Assembly: GCF_009914755.1 (NCBI RefSeq)
Contig: NC_060928.1
Length of the DNA stretch: 64,000 bases
Source: the human T2T-CHM13v2.0 reference genome, Homo sapiens
Strand: one strand, 5' to 3'
Of this stretch, positions 14,417 through 27,383 are shown one piece after another. Every line of letters starts with the position of its first letter. Within the stretch, counting starts at the first letter, position 1. The notes under the pieces are model-generated. The model did not search any database. It worked only from the letters and a program-made list of their open reading frames with translations, and was not told where the DNA came from. The position numbers and the translations under genes are program-made.

Positions 14417-14528
14417 TGAATTAGCTCAGTTGATTGTTCATAGTCAGTTAACAGATTGAATTTCTTGTTCTACTCTTTTCCCCCCTTCTGACTACTGCAC
14501 TTGAGTAGTCTAAAAAAAAAAAAAAAAA
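14417..14528 (+). pseudogene. 5'-truncated Y1 RNA (RNY1) retropseudogene with poly(A) tail
   Basis: TTGATTGTTCATAGTCAGTTAACAGAT...CTTGTTCTACTCTTT...CTACTGCACTTGAGTAGTCT matches Y1 RNA. A17 tail, TSD GTCACTGT at 14409-14416 and 14529-14536. Confidence 0.92.
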
Positions 14529-16394
14529 GTCACTGTCTTGATTTGGGCCTTCAAGCAGTTATTTTACTGTTGCCACTAAGCAGGGCCAAACTGGTTCATC
14601 TCTAGTCCCTTGGTAGCCTTCCATCAGCAACAAAATTATGAAACCAGCAACAGAGCTGAACCTAATGCCATCCCAGTTTCTTCACCAGTGCTCCCAGCCC
14701 TAAGTTCATTGCTTAAGAGGTAAAGGACAAATAAGTATTTTCATGTAGGTTGAATAGGTTGGATCTGAGGACAACCCATACCAACTAGAAACCTATTAAA
14801 TTCCACCCACTTGTCATAGGGCTCATCTTGGTCACCACCTGAAATGGAGACTGATAGTTTCAATCATGGTCCACTTAGTAAAATAATAACAAAGCCTGTT
14901 ATCTTAATAATATAAGTAATTAATTAAACAAGTGTTAGAGAATTGGAAACATAAAAAGAGCCAGGAGGTAACATAAAACCATCCACCACATATACACACA
15001 CACAAAGTTAACAGTAGTTCTCTTCTGGTAGTAAGATTATGGCTAATTTTTCTACAAGGCATATATATTTATTTACACATATAAATTTTTTTTTAATGTA
15101 AAGCTTAAGTGAACACATACCTGATCCCACCTCCATTAAAACAAATACCACCACTTATGTTAGAGTCTAACAGTAATACTTACTTTTAAGTCAGTTACTG
15201 CATTAGATAGTAGGAACAGAATTCTCTAGAAAATGGTTATATGGCCTATGAGATTTAACCACTGGAGTTGCAGGTTCAAGAAGAGACTGCCAAGGATTCT
15301 AACACTGGCACCATTAATACACCTCTCTACCTAAGGAGCCCCAGAAAAATCACTTTCCAGGGACAAAGAAGTCCTTAAAGTGTATATGGAAGGTTTCACA
15401 TCTTAGCTTCAGTACCTTGTATCAAACACCAATATTTTTGTTTGCCCCACCCCCACCCCTGTGACCATTTTTTTGAGAAAATGCTGTATCTATCCACATG
15501 ATCACTGACCAGAGCAGCCATTACATAATGTGACTGCGTTACCTGAGACAAGTTGATTGGTGAAGGGGTGGGCACCTGACCCAAGCTGACCCGTCCCTGG
15601 AACTGAAATCAAGAGATCAGGTCTCTTTGGGGGATCAATAACGTGTAAAACTTGGGAGCTACAGGTGGCCATGGAGCCAATATGCATTGAGGGTCAGAGC
15701 CAGAGCATTCGAATCTCACCTGAGGTCTGCTGCATTCCTTCCTCGGTTCTGTGAAATATGGTAGCTTTCCTCTAACAACCCCGCTTTGGGGTTGGGTAGC
15801 TCAGGCAGAGATGCTAACTTTGTAATCAAAACAATTCTAATACTAACCAATTGCTCTTTCATTATTAAAGCGTTCATTATTATTTACTACCGGAGTTGGG
15901 CTATGGAAAGTGTTTCTATTCTTTGGAGAACAATATAAACTTTTAGCAACCCACTCTCTCCTTTGCCAATCTTTGAAGAAAAGAAAATAGAACAAAAAAT
16001 TTAATATTTCTCAAGTTGAACAAAACCCTTTCCAAGATTTACATTAGGAGAAATCATTATTCTGTACAAGATTTTTCTGGCCCTAAATATTACTTAACAC
16101 ATTGTTTGGATCCAATAACAATAATACATGAATCCCTTAATATTAAATTTATAACTTAGAAACACATTCATCAGCCTCAAAGACAAGAAACAGAGGTGAA
16201 AGTCTTCCAAAATAGTCAAAATGTGACAGTATACACACATTAAAGTATATACACTTCACTCATAGAACGCCTTTACCATGAGACTACACACTGTAAGCAA
16301 TTCAAGCCGGGTGATCTGGCTGTAAACCCACATCAGACCAGAAGCTAAAATCCTAGAAAGAATCAATAGTAGATAACCTTATATTAAAGGGAGT

Positions 16395-16888
16395 ATATTA
16401 GTTTTCTATCTGCTGCTATAACAAATTACTGTGATTTAGTGGCTTACGACCAACACAAATTTATCATCATAAAGTTTTGTAGGTTAACAAGTCAAACATA
16501 TTCTCACTGGACCAAAATCAAGGTGTCCACAAGACTTTGTTCCTTTCTGGATATTTCTTTGTCTTTTCTGGCTTCCAGATGTCCAATGCACACTTTCCAG
16601 CTTCAAGAGACTGTCCACATTCCTTGGCTCATGACCTCCCCTTCCTCCCAGCAACAGCAAGTCAAGTCTGTCTCACACCTCATCACGCTGACATCCTGAT
16701 CTGCCTCTCTTCCACTTTTACGGATCCGGTGATCAATTGGGCACACCCAGATAATCCAGCATAATCTATTTTACTTCCATCTGCAGCCTTCATTCCCCTT
16801 TGCCACATAACAACACAGTTACAAGTTCTGGAGACTAGCACATGGACATCTGGACATCTTTGGATGGGCCATTACTCTGGGCATCACA
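16395..16888 (-). mobile_element. MLT1-family LTR
   Basis: TATTAGTTTTCTAT...GCTGCTATAACAAATTAC and CATTCCTTGGCTCATG motifs. Confidence 0.75.
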
Positions 16889-17279
16889 GGGAATAAACAG
16901 GAAAACCAGACACAGGAACTCCAACAGTCATTCAGGCCACTTTGTACAGGGACAAATATTTCACTCTACTGGAATAGTCCCAGGGCTGGGGAGTCGGGGT
17001 TAGGGTGCTGGACATCACATACTACTGCCCAGGAATAGACTGACAGTCTGAATCAAGATGAGGTTTAAAGCCTCTTTTGGTAAGAGGCTGGAGGGTTCCC
17101 AAAAGCATTTTTAAAAGGCTGTTACAAAAATACGGACCTCTTACTACAGGAAATTTCATTTACCTGGAAAATTGTACAGTGAGCCTCACTACCTGGCAAT
17201 GCTACAATTTAACTTAACTGAATGGTTACCTCATCTACTTAACATTCATAGCTACCTTAGTTAAGATAAGTCGAATAAG

Positions 17280-18217
17280 TATCTTAAATAAAAAAATTTT
17301 TATTTAAGAACTGAAAAAGACTTTTTTGAAGTTAACATTTTAGAAATATTTAAGCGTTTATCATAAACATTCACATACATTTATCTCTGTAAAGTGGCCC
17401 AAGAACAGTTATTTCCCTTATTTAGAAAAAAATTCAAAGAAAATGGCTAATTAAACTTTGATTTTATTATGTACATGGATACTATTAAAAAGGTGAATTC
17501 GTGAAATTTTAAGATTGTGTATAACACATAAAAGTCAAACTTCTAATTTGGTAAGTAAATAATCCTAAACTTAACACAGTGGTTCTTTAAAATGTTTAAA
17601 TATTTGTCTTAGATGCTGAATATAGACAAAGAGAACTGTCATCTTAGGAGTAAACACACTATAACTCTGTAAAAAGAAATCATAGAAAAGTAAGGTAGTA
17701 TTTCTCAAATAAGTCCTCCCATGCTAAAACCACAGTGACGCGCAGACACTAGCCTAGAACCTATTCCAGTACTGCAAGTACTGACAGGCTGCAAACACCA
17801 GTAACAACCTGCCTGGAGCCTTGACCTTGAAAACAAATGGCTGTTGTGAACTGATGTGACCAAACCAAGAGATGGTTCCTTACAAAAACAAAGCAAAACA
17901 CAAGATGAAAATCAAGCAGAAAAAGAAAATAATATAACCTTATTTTGAGAACACGACTTCATCTCAAAGGATACTTTTTGTATATTAATCCTCACAGATT
18001 AATAAGAGCACTTAAAATAATTTTGTGTAGATCCAGAATACAACAGGTGACTAAGTTAATGACTAACACAATTTACAGACTTCAAAATTTTGAATTCCAA
18101 ATTTCACAGCATAACAGATGACTATAATATACTACCCTAATCAACTCTTATTTAGTGTCTATACAGCATCTACAGAGCTCTTCATCCATCATATTTCTCC
18201 TCTTAGACTTTCTGTGT
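17280..18217 (-). other. TIFA: TIFA 3' UTR to the candidate poly(A) signal (AATAAA on - strand at 17304-17299); longer forms are possible
   Basis: Unique AT-rich sequence downstream of the TGA, with a canonical hexamer. Confidence 0.6.
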
Positions 18218-18772
18218 TCATGACTCATTTTCATCCATTTCTGTCGGAGAACTGCTTTGGGAGGAGCAGAGCGAGTAAGTGCCATACTCCGGTATGGGCC
18301 TGTGTGGTGGCCAGTTGTTTTCTTGCAAGAGTGATCTTGGAGATAAAATAAATTGAGTCTCAAAAAATTCCAATGACTCGCCATCTTCCTTCTCCATCAG
18401 AAACTGATACTCTCCGAATCTGACCATGCACCTGTATGGCAGGTCCATTTTATTTAGGTAGCCCAGCTCTCTGCTGTCCACGATCAGATTGGTCTTTTTA
18501 CTCATATTTTTTATTTCAAAGGAGAGAACTGAGCTGTTGAATTTTTTAAACAGCTGCAGAGAAAACTGAACTCGGGAAACCTGTTTGTCCTGAAAAGTAT
18601 AATGACAGATGTTGGAATTTCGGCCAAATTTCACCACTTCGCTGGAAGGGAGTTTCTCTCTGTTAAAACTTATTGACTGAAATATTCCACACTGCAACTG
18701 GCCAGGATGGTAAACCGTCATCTGGAGACAAGTTACTGTCTCTTCTGTGTCAGCATCTTCAAAACTGGTCAT
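18218..18772 (-). CDS. TIFA: TIFA, TRAF-interacting protein with FHA domain (184 aa, single coding exon)
   Basis: MTSFEDADT9EE N-terminus (Thr9 is the ALPK1 phosphosite), FHA core (FGRNSNIC...VSRVQFSL...NMSKKTNL), C-terminal TRAF6 motif PTEMDENES. Acceptor ATTATTGCAG|G starts exon 2 at 18790. Confidence 0.98.
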   Translation of the reverse strand: MTSFEDADTEETVTCLQMTVYHPGQLQCGIFQSISFNREKLPSSEVVKFGRNSNICHYTFQDKQVSRVQFSLQLFKKFNSSVLSFEIKNMSKKTNLIVDSRELGYLNKMDLPYRCMVRFGEYQFLMEKEDGESLEFFETQFILSPRSLLQENNWPPHRPIPEYGTYSLCSSQSSSPTEMDENES

Positions 18773-19864
18773 GATGTGCACAAGGCCCACCTGCAATAAT
18801 TAAATTACCATGTTAGTTTCTGCTTATGCTTGAGGCATTGAGAACTTTGATTCTAACGTTTTGATGAACATCATCTGATAGGCAATTTATTTGGACTTTA
18901 AGAAAACAGTACATAGACAATACTTTCAGTGAACTAGTAGATATGTGAAATCTTATACCAAGCCCTATAAAATTGCTACACTAGCTTCTCCTATCTTTTT
19001 CATTTCTAGTTTGACTATAACACCATACATAAAATGCAGACAATAACAAAGAATGATTTTTGATAATAAAATGATTTGAGGGAAGCATAAAGAAACCTCA
19101 GTTCCTCTTTCACCTAAATAGAGTGACTTGAGCCCAGAGAAAATATGACAGGTGTACTTTAAAAAGAAAATTAGGAAATAAAAAATCTCTTTGGTTTGAA
19201 TACCTTCAGAGGATATATACATAAAGCAAACATAGTTTATTAACTGGATTATAATTAAATATATTATGAATTGTGAAACCTGGTTAAAGAAAAAAACTTA
19301 ATAGTTATAAACAAACAATTGTAACATTTATCCTTTATATCCTCACTTTGATTTCTAACAGGTAAATGATTAAAAATAGTAAATGCTTTAAATGGTTATT
19401 TTATTCTATAATTTCAAATTTTAGACATTACTTTTAAGAATATAAGTCTCCATGAGTTGGTTCTAATTATCACAGCCTGCACTGGTATCAGAATTATTTA
19501 TTTTTGTCAGTGGTACTCAATGACTGGATGGACAAACTGTCATTAACTACAAATAGCACAGTCCAACTGTTGTTAACCACATCCCTTGAGAGCCGATGGC
19601 CCGAGGTGCCCTCCACCTACACTTCACTTCATATATCTTTGGTAATTAGTACAGTACTTAAAAGCAGTATAACAGGACAGGAGAAATAGCTACTAAAATT
19701 TTTGTGAAGTTACTTCAACAGAGAATTGCCATTTTAAAACTAATTTTTTAAAAGTACATGTACATGATTTTAAAATTCAAACACTAACAAAGGATTTAAA
19801 AAAAAGAGTATTTCTCCCCCACCTGAACTCTTTGTCTTTCTCTCCTAGAGTACAACCACTGTAA

Positions 19865-20323
<459 letters not shown>

Positions 20324-20698
20324 AATTTTTCAATTAATAATACATATGGGTGATAATTTTCCCATATCTACACTTACAAATATACCTCATTCTTTAACAG
20401 CTGCACAGAATTCTGTAACTGTAGCACGGCGAGAAGTTACACCAGTACCCAGAGAGATGCTGAGTGCCGCCTGCATTCCTTGGATGACTCTCCCTTGCTG
20501 CGGCTACCGGACACTGTCTGCTTATACTGATTTGGGGTTTGGAGATAATCAGTCTTAAGTGAGATTGATTTGTAGTTTTATTGTTTTTTGTTTGCCATCT
20601 ATATTAGATGTTGGCATCAAAATTATGCTGGTTTGAAATATAAAAAACAAAAACCAGAAAGAATATTTTCCTTCCCTTTCTATCTTGCTGGCATTTCC

Positions 20699-21002
20699 TT
20701 TTTTTTTTTTTTTTTTTTTGGAGACAGCGTCTTGCTGTCACTGGAGTGCAGTGTGCAGTGGCGTGATCTTGGCTCACTGCAACCTCTGCCTCCCAGGTTC
20801 AAGCAATTCTCCTGTCTCAGCCTCCCGAGTAGGTGGGACTACAAGTGTGTGCCACCACTCCCAGCTAATTTTTCATATTTTAGTAGAGACGGGGTTTTAC
20901 CATGATGCCCAGGCTGCTCTCAAACTCCTGAGCTTAGGCAATCCACCCACCCTCGGTCTCTCAAAGTGCTAGGATTACAGGCATGAGCCACCGTTCCCAG
21001 CC
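20699..21002 (-). mobile_element. AluS
   Basis: Reverse Alu dimer with poly(T) head. Confidence 0.93.
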
Positions 21003-22310
21003 CTGCTATTTACTTTTAAAATACAATCTTTCCTTCTGTTTTACAAAGTTTTGCTGCTGGGAATCAAACTCTCAATTTATTCAATTATCCAACAAATGAC
21101 ATAGCTAAGCAATATTTCTTTTCTATTGATTTGAAAATGCATCTTCAATTTTATTTTCATAATATATTTTTGAACATTATTGCATCATATTGCTCTACCC
21201 AAGCAGGCCACAGATGTCCAGCTATAAGCAGAAAAACTGAGAAAAATCCTCAAAATCCTGTGCTAGGGGTGGTAAAACTTACTATGAAGCCAAAGTCAGC
21301 AAGAATTAACACACAATGGGTAAAACTGGTTAATCCATATTACACTGTGATTTGAAGACACTATAATTATGATAATAAAGTCTCATTATTCAGGAAGCAG
21401 ACAGCATAAAAGAATAATTATAAGTCATGGGATGATGCATTAGCAGTCGACAAGAAAAGCATTTGCTATTAACAAGAGCCTGAAAAGAAGTGTCAGAAAT
21501 CTGTAAGTGATCTCCAGCTTTATTTACGATATGCTGCCATCAATTTAGTTCATTCTTGGACTTCAGGCGATAAGAATTCCAAAAGGAGAACTGTATTAAA
21601 AACCATGGTGTATTCTGGATCTAAATAGTCTTTTGGTAACATCCAAATTTTGTTTTTGTATGCTTTATATAAGCTATTACTTTATAATTCAGTCTTCTGA
21701 GCAAATCAACCACAAGAAAAGCTTACCCCATATAGGTTCTTATACTCAGTCCCCAGGACAGATATATTATCCACTGTTAGAGAGAAAAAATGGCATTCTG
21801 GTTTATACATCAGTGGCTATGAGTGTCTTGGGGCAGATCAATTCTCTGGGTTTGATGAATCTCTGGGTTCACAATTGTGACTCCATCCAACAAACACTGA
21901 GGCAGACTGCTTTAGTGTCAAATATTTGCTACCCCATCCTTGCAGGCCTGTCCCTACCAGTTCTGCCCCTTTAAAATGATGATCCACTTCATTAACAGCC
22001 ATGTCAATGAAACATGAATGGCAGTGACTTACTTCCAAGCAGAAACTTAAAAGCCACTGTGTAGTTCCATCTTCCCTCTTTCGTCAAAACATCAGCAGTT
22101 CCCACAAGGAGCAGCTCAGTCTGGGTCCCAGAGGGAAGAGCCGAAGACAGATACATAAAGGACAGTTAATATTAGCAAAAAAACCAACCCTTCTTCCAAT
22201 AAGCCACTGAGATTTTTTAGGTCATTTGTTACTGCACTATATCAGAGCCTGAGCTGATGGATGCATTCACCTATCTTATGAAGGTATAAAACCACAGCAA
22301 ACTCTGACAG

Positions 22311-22679
22311 TGATATGGTTTGGCTGTGTCCCCACCCCAATCTCATCTTGAATTATAGCTCCCACGAGTCCCACATGTTGTGGAAGGGACCTGATGGGAG
22401 GTAATTGAATCATGGGGATAGGTCTTTCCCATGCTGTTCTTGTGATAGTGAATAAGTATCACGAGATCTGATGGTTTTATAAGGGGGAGTTTCCATGCAC
22501 AGGCTCTCTCTTTGCCTGCTGCCATCCATGTAAGATGTGACTTGCTCCTCCTTGCCTTCTGCCATGATTGTGAGGCTTCCCCAGCCATGTGGAACTGTGA
22601 GTCCATTAAATCTCTTTCCTGTATAAATTACCCGGTCTCAGGTATGTCTTTATTAGCAGTGTGAGAACAAACTAATACA
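22311..22679 (+). mobile_element. THE1-type MaLR solo LTR
   Basis: TGATATGGTTTGGCTGTGTCCCCACC...ACTAATACA, with 5-bp TSD GACAG on both sides. Confidence 0.93.
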
Positions 22680-22750
22680 GACAGGAATAAGGGCTATTAC
22701 TTATTTCATGCCTTTCATGTGCCAGGCAGACTGCTGATACCCTGATACAC

Positions 22751-23358
22751 TGTAACCAAGTACCTCCACTTTTCTAAGTCATAGTTTAATTTTTTTAATT
22801 ATTTTCTCTTTTCCCTGTGCCCCACTTCCTACTTAGACCTTCAGAAATGCAAATGTAACCATTCACCTTTCCTGACCAGAAATTCCCTACAGGGCAAGTA
22901 TATCTAACTATGTGCTCCAAGACAACCTTAACTTTGATCTCTCCTGGAGAGTTGACAGTCGATTTGCAGACCAAAGCATGTCCCCACAGAACTCTCACCT
23001 CCAGGGGGTGGCCTCTGAACTCACACCTACTAGGAGGGCATGGTGAGAGTATGCCCACTTGGCCACTTATATAACTTATATTTCTGCCCAGGAAGGTGCC
23101 AACTCAACTGTCTGGTAGATAAAGCACCAGGGAAGCGGGGGACCCCCTGCTCTGGCTCACTTCCCACCCTACTTTATAAAAGAGGCCCACTTTCTGCTCC
23201 AAAAGTGAAGCAGCACATTCTGGGTGTGGATAAAGGCAGGACGTTTTATGCCCCCTTCTCCAAGCTAGCTTAGGAATTCACTTTTTTTTTGTACCAGACC
23301 TCACTTTTGTTAATTGGACTCTGCATGCAGCGGGCAACTAACCTGCTTTTTGGTGACA
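22751..23358 (+). mobile_element. ERV-type solo LTR (family not resolved)
   Basis: TGTAACC...GGTGACA termini, TATAAAA box at about 23175, LTR-like 3' region. Confidence 0.65.
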
Positions 23359-24632
23359 ACAGGTCATCTAATCTTCAAAATAACCCTGTGAATCACTGCT
23401 TCACTGATAAGGGAGCTGAATCTCAGAGGGTTTAAAAACCAGCCCAGATCATAAATCCAATGTCAGAGACAGGACTCAAACTCCAATGCATCCTCTCTTA
23501 ACCATTACAAACACTGCCTCCCTGGTTACCAGCTACTTCACAAACTTTAGCAGTTAACCTGTAGAGAAGGGGCACATAAATGTGTGTGGGCTACAACCAG
23601 CAAGGCACCAAACAAGAATCTAATACTGGGGAGGGAAATACACCATTAGTGCTACCTCATAGGAGGAACAGGCTCTGAAGCACCAGGTTACGGTGAATAT
23701 CAGTAACCTGGGTATCAGTAAGCCTGGGTGTATAAATGTTAGCATGGACCTAGTACTCATCGGTAATTGTGGCAGGTTGTTTGGAGACCATGTTGATCTC
23801 TGACCTCAAGGAACTTAGAAATGAATCTATTTGTTTATCCTCAAAGCCACAGAGTCCCTCTACAAAGTGACCTGAACACTCTGACATTTCAGAGTGGTCA
23901 GCAGAAAAACAGGAAAGACAGAAGCTGACAATTAAAATAATATAGTTAAAATTGTTAGATTTTAAAAAATCATTGGTGCACATTTGCTCAAAACAGCATT
24001 TTGAAATCTGTTAGTCGTAAGTTATCAAAGAAACAGGGCAACAATGATTTTATATAGTGATAACAATGGTTACCTCTGGAGACAGAAACTGGGGGCCCAG
24101 GATAGGAAGGAGACTTACTCTCCACTGCACACACACTCTACACCTTTGGAATTTTATACCATGTGCACTTCAATATCTATTCAAACACTTAACAAATATT
24201 TTCCTTACAAAATCACCAACCTCTGATTTTTATGGAATTGACAGTGGTTGGAGATTAGCAAAGTATTATTAAAGGGGTAAACTGTGATATCTGACATGGA
24301 AAAGTTGTAAAACACTGATTAATATCTGACAAACAATAATATCTGTGTTAACAAAGGAAATACAATAAATATAGAAATAAAAATAAGCACTGCAGTTGGG
24401 AACTCTGTCTCTGAAAGCTGAATACAGAAGGCATACATGCTGCATCTTGAGTGTCCAGCTCTTCTGTGCTGGACATCAGGATGTATACACTTAACCTGGG
24501 AGGCTTAGAGTTGGGAAGAGAAGAGTTAGATCGAGGGCAAGGCTTCTGACTCCTCTCTGGGGAAAGAAGAATGGATACGTGTAGAGGTGCTATGTGCAAA
24601 AACAGCACCTCCACCTCTGCTACCCTCCCTGC

Positions 24633-24671
24633 AACACAACACACACACACACACACACGTGCACACACACT
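24633..24671. repeat. (CA)n microsatellite
   Basis: Direct reading. Confidence 0.9.
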
Positions 24672-25363
24672 CACTAAGGTCCTGCAAAGCCCGTGAAGAG
24701 ACATACCACCTCTCCTTGCCAAAGGGTGTTTGGCCTTAAAATGCCATAAACAAAAACATATACAGAAATATTTTCGCTAAAAGGACCCAGATGTCTAAGC
24801 AGTTTAACAGAAAGCTTGGCACCCCTGGGTGGTCATGCATGCCAACCAGATTTCTCATGCTTTAAGAAGTCTATTTTTTAAAACAGGATTGACCAAACTA
24901 ATGGGGTCTGCTCTGGATGGTGAAAATGTTTACTTTCATTTCCCCCCAACCCCCTCGCCTCCCCAGTTCCCCCTGAATATATTCTCAAGAAAGAGTATGT
25001 CTTTGGGTGGTTGCAAGTAGGAAGTTTCAAGGCTTTTCTCCCTAACGAATACCGAACACTGAGCACACAGGAGGGGAACAGAAACTTGGAAGCAGAGCAA
25101 AGGACCAAGTTATCCTCCTGTCTAACCCTGCTCAACAGGATCACCCTGAAGTGTGGCTCTGAAGATATTTGTGAACTCTGGCACAGCTGTTTGGCAGAAT
25201 TAATACTAAAACCACAGGTCTTGCAAAAACAAAGAATCAAAAAAAAAAAAAAAAGTGAAAACCAAACAGCAGGAGGAAACCCTTAGGAAAGCTCGGTGTC
25301 TTTCAGACATGAGATTTTCTTTCTCCCACTCTACTTGACTGGCCTGACCTGGGGTCCAGTCCC

Positions 25364-25467
25364 ACTTCCTGGTGGCTGCGGAAATCCGCAGTGAGGCTCA
25401 GTGTGGATTTTGGCTTCAGAGGATTTGGGAAATTCCACCTTTCAATCTGAAATCTGGGGAAAGTCCC
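25364..25467. promoter_or_regulatory. NF-kB/ETS motif cluster in TIFA intron 1
   Basis: GGGAAATTCC at 25427-25436, GGAAAGTCCC (reverse complement GGGACTTTCC) at 25458-25467, and ETS ACTTCCTG at 25364-25371. Confidence 0.7.
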
Positions 25468-25899
25468 AGAAAACAACGGATTACTATATTTCTCTCATGA
25501 ACCAGACTGAAGCAAGGAGTCAGGTCTAGGACCAAGGACCTCGGCACTCCAGGGAGCCCAGGGCCCCTCAGAAAGGTCTCGCTTGGCCACCGAGAGCGTG
25601 GGGCCGTAGCAGTTGGCAAGCGGGGGAGGGGGGTCACGCACAACTGCTCTGGAGCCACACTGCATAAATGGCATTCGTTTTTGTTTTCTGATTAGAAAAA
25701 CGTTGAAAAGAATACCAAAGTACAGAGAAAACACACCCCCATCTCCAATGTTTCCTCATTTATGTAAATATTCTCATATTTTATAAAACAGGGAGGTGCT
25801 GTCTATAATTTTTGCAGGCTTTCCTTAGCATATGGTGAGCGTGTGCCAGGTGAGCAGGAGCAGCGGGGGATGACTTCCGATCCGACACCCCCAAAATCT

Positions 25900-26480
25900 C
25901 CTGGACAAAGCTGCTGTCTTTGCGGGATAAACAGAAAAGGGCCAGTCCCCACCTCACCCCCAGCCCGCCGCCCCGCAAGTACCTGGGGCTGGGGAGTCAG
26001 TGAACTCTCTTCAGCTGTTCGGCTCTCCCGGCTCAGAGCGAGGGGAATCGAGGAGACTGGGCGCAGGATGGGGGTGGACACCCGGCCGCTGCTCCTCCGC
26101 GCGGGTAAGTGTGAGCCCCGGGGTGCGGGGAACCGAGCCAGGGACCAGTGACCGCGAGCCGCCGATCCTCCCGCGCTCCCGCGCGCGCGGCCTGCCTTCC
26201 CACTGGCTGGCAGAGCACGTCCTCTCGCGCCCGGGGCCTTTGTAAAGAGCGCAGCGGTGGCGCGGAGGTTTTCAGGCTCCGCCCGCTCCACTCGCGCTCC
26301 CGCCCCTTCCTTCCTCTCGAGGTGACCCGGCAGCTGGCGCCTTTCTCACCAGGTACCCAGCCCCCTGGCCGCCTCTCTCAGTTCTCTGGCAGGGTTTGGT
26401 GCGCGGTACACCGACCCGGACCGCGCCTTCCCAAACGAGTGGCCTCTCCTCCAGCCCGATTGGCGAGCTAGAGAAAAGAA
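25900..26480. promoter_or_regulatory. CpG island promoter of TIFA, probably bidirectional
   Basis: The only markedly CpG-dense, GC-rich unique region in the window. It has CGCG runs and an ATTGG (CCAAT) box at about 26459. Confidence 0.9.
25983..26250 (-). other. TIFA: TIFA non-coding exon 1 (TSS approximate)
   Basis: CAG|GTACTT donor on the - strand at 25983/25982, inside the CpG island. The spliced junction ...ccccagccccag|gtgggccttgtgcacatcATG matches the recalled TIFA mRNA. Confidence 0.85.
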
Positions 26481-26701
26481 GGGAACTGGATCACTTCAGC
26501 ATTAAGGAGGACTTTTCCCCAAAATGAGTGTTGCCCCAGGGCGTGGGCAGGCGGGGAGCTGAACTAATCTTTCGGTGACTCCAAGGATACCAAGCAAGCC
26601 AGTGCGTGGCATGCACGAGCTCCTCTAATCATCGCAGTCCCCCTTACACATGAGTAAACCGAGGCTCAGAGAATGGTGGAGTGTGGCGAGCAGAAGTGGA
26701 A

Positions 26702-26803
26702 TTTTTTTTTTCTTTTTTTCTTTTTTTGAGACGAGTCTCACCGTGTCGCCCATGCTGGAGTGCAGTGGCGCCATCTCGGCTCACTGCAACCTCTGCCTCC
26801 CGC
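26702..26803 (-). mobile_element. 5'-truncated Alu fragment inside a MIR-like element
   Basis: Right-arm 3' end only, flanked by similar GCAGAAGTGGA / GCAGAGGCGGGA sequences. Confidence 0.8.
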
Positions 26804-27064
26804 AGAGGCGGGATTTGAACTTGCTCCAGGTTGCCCTCGCCTTACACCCAGCAGAGCAGTCCAGTCGCTTTCTCTCCTGCCGCTTGCATCGTAATGGACA
26901 TCCAGAGTCCACAAGTAAAAGCTGGTACATGATGAAATGGGAAACACCTCTCAGGAGTCCTTTATAGCTTAGAAGAAGGTAATGCTACCTTTCTGCCTCA
27001 GTGAAAAGATTTGGAATCACCTAAGTGTGAAGAACCTAAGGAGAGTAGGTGTCAAGAGAGGATA

Positions 27065-27354
27065 GACCCGGGTGCCGTGGCTCAAACCTGTAATCCCAGC
27101 ACTTTGGGAGGCCGAGGTGGGCGGATCACGAGGCCAGGAGTTTGAGACCAGCCTGGCCAACATGACGAAATTCCATCTCTACTAAAAATACAAAAGTTAG
27201 TTGGGCTTGGTGGTGGGTGCCTGTAATCCCAACTACTCGGGAGGCTGAGGCAGGAGAATCACTTGAATCCGGGAGGCAGAGGTTGCAGTGAGGCCGGGAT
27301 GGCGCCATTGCACGCCAGTCTGGGCAACAGAGTGAGACTCTGTTTAAAGAAAAA
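27065..27354 (+). mobile_element. AluS
   Basis: Alu dimer flanked by AAGAGAGGATAGAC-like duplication. Confidence 0.93.
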
Positions 27355-27383
27355 GAGAGAGAGAGGATAGACACTGTAGAGAC

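Noticed and set aside
18773-18796. 192-aa version of TIFA starting MQVGLVHI from the ORF track
   Set aside because: The start codon is a TTG in the intron acceptor. The exon begins at 18790 and the first ATG is at 18772.
23683-23730. Small hairpin CCAGGTTAC...GTAACCTGG with a partial direct repeat
   Set aside because: Only a 9-bp stem with no other support; compatible with chance or a TE remnant.
25843-26471. Several overlapping + strand ORFs of 80-107 aa in the CpG island
   Set aside because: Low-complexity R/P/G/A-rich products are expected from GC-rich DNA, and none has a recognisable domain.
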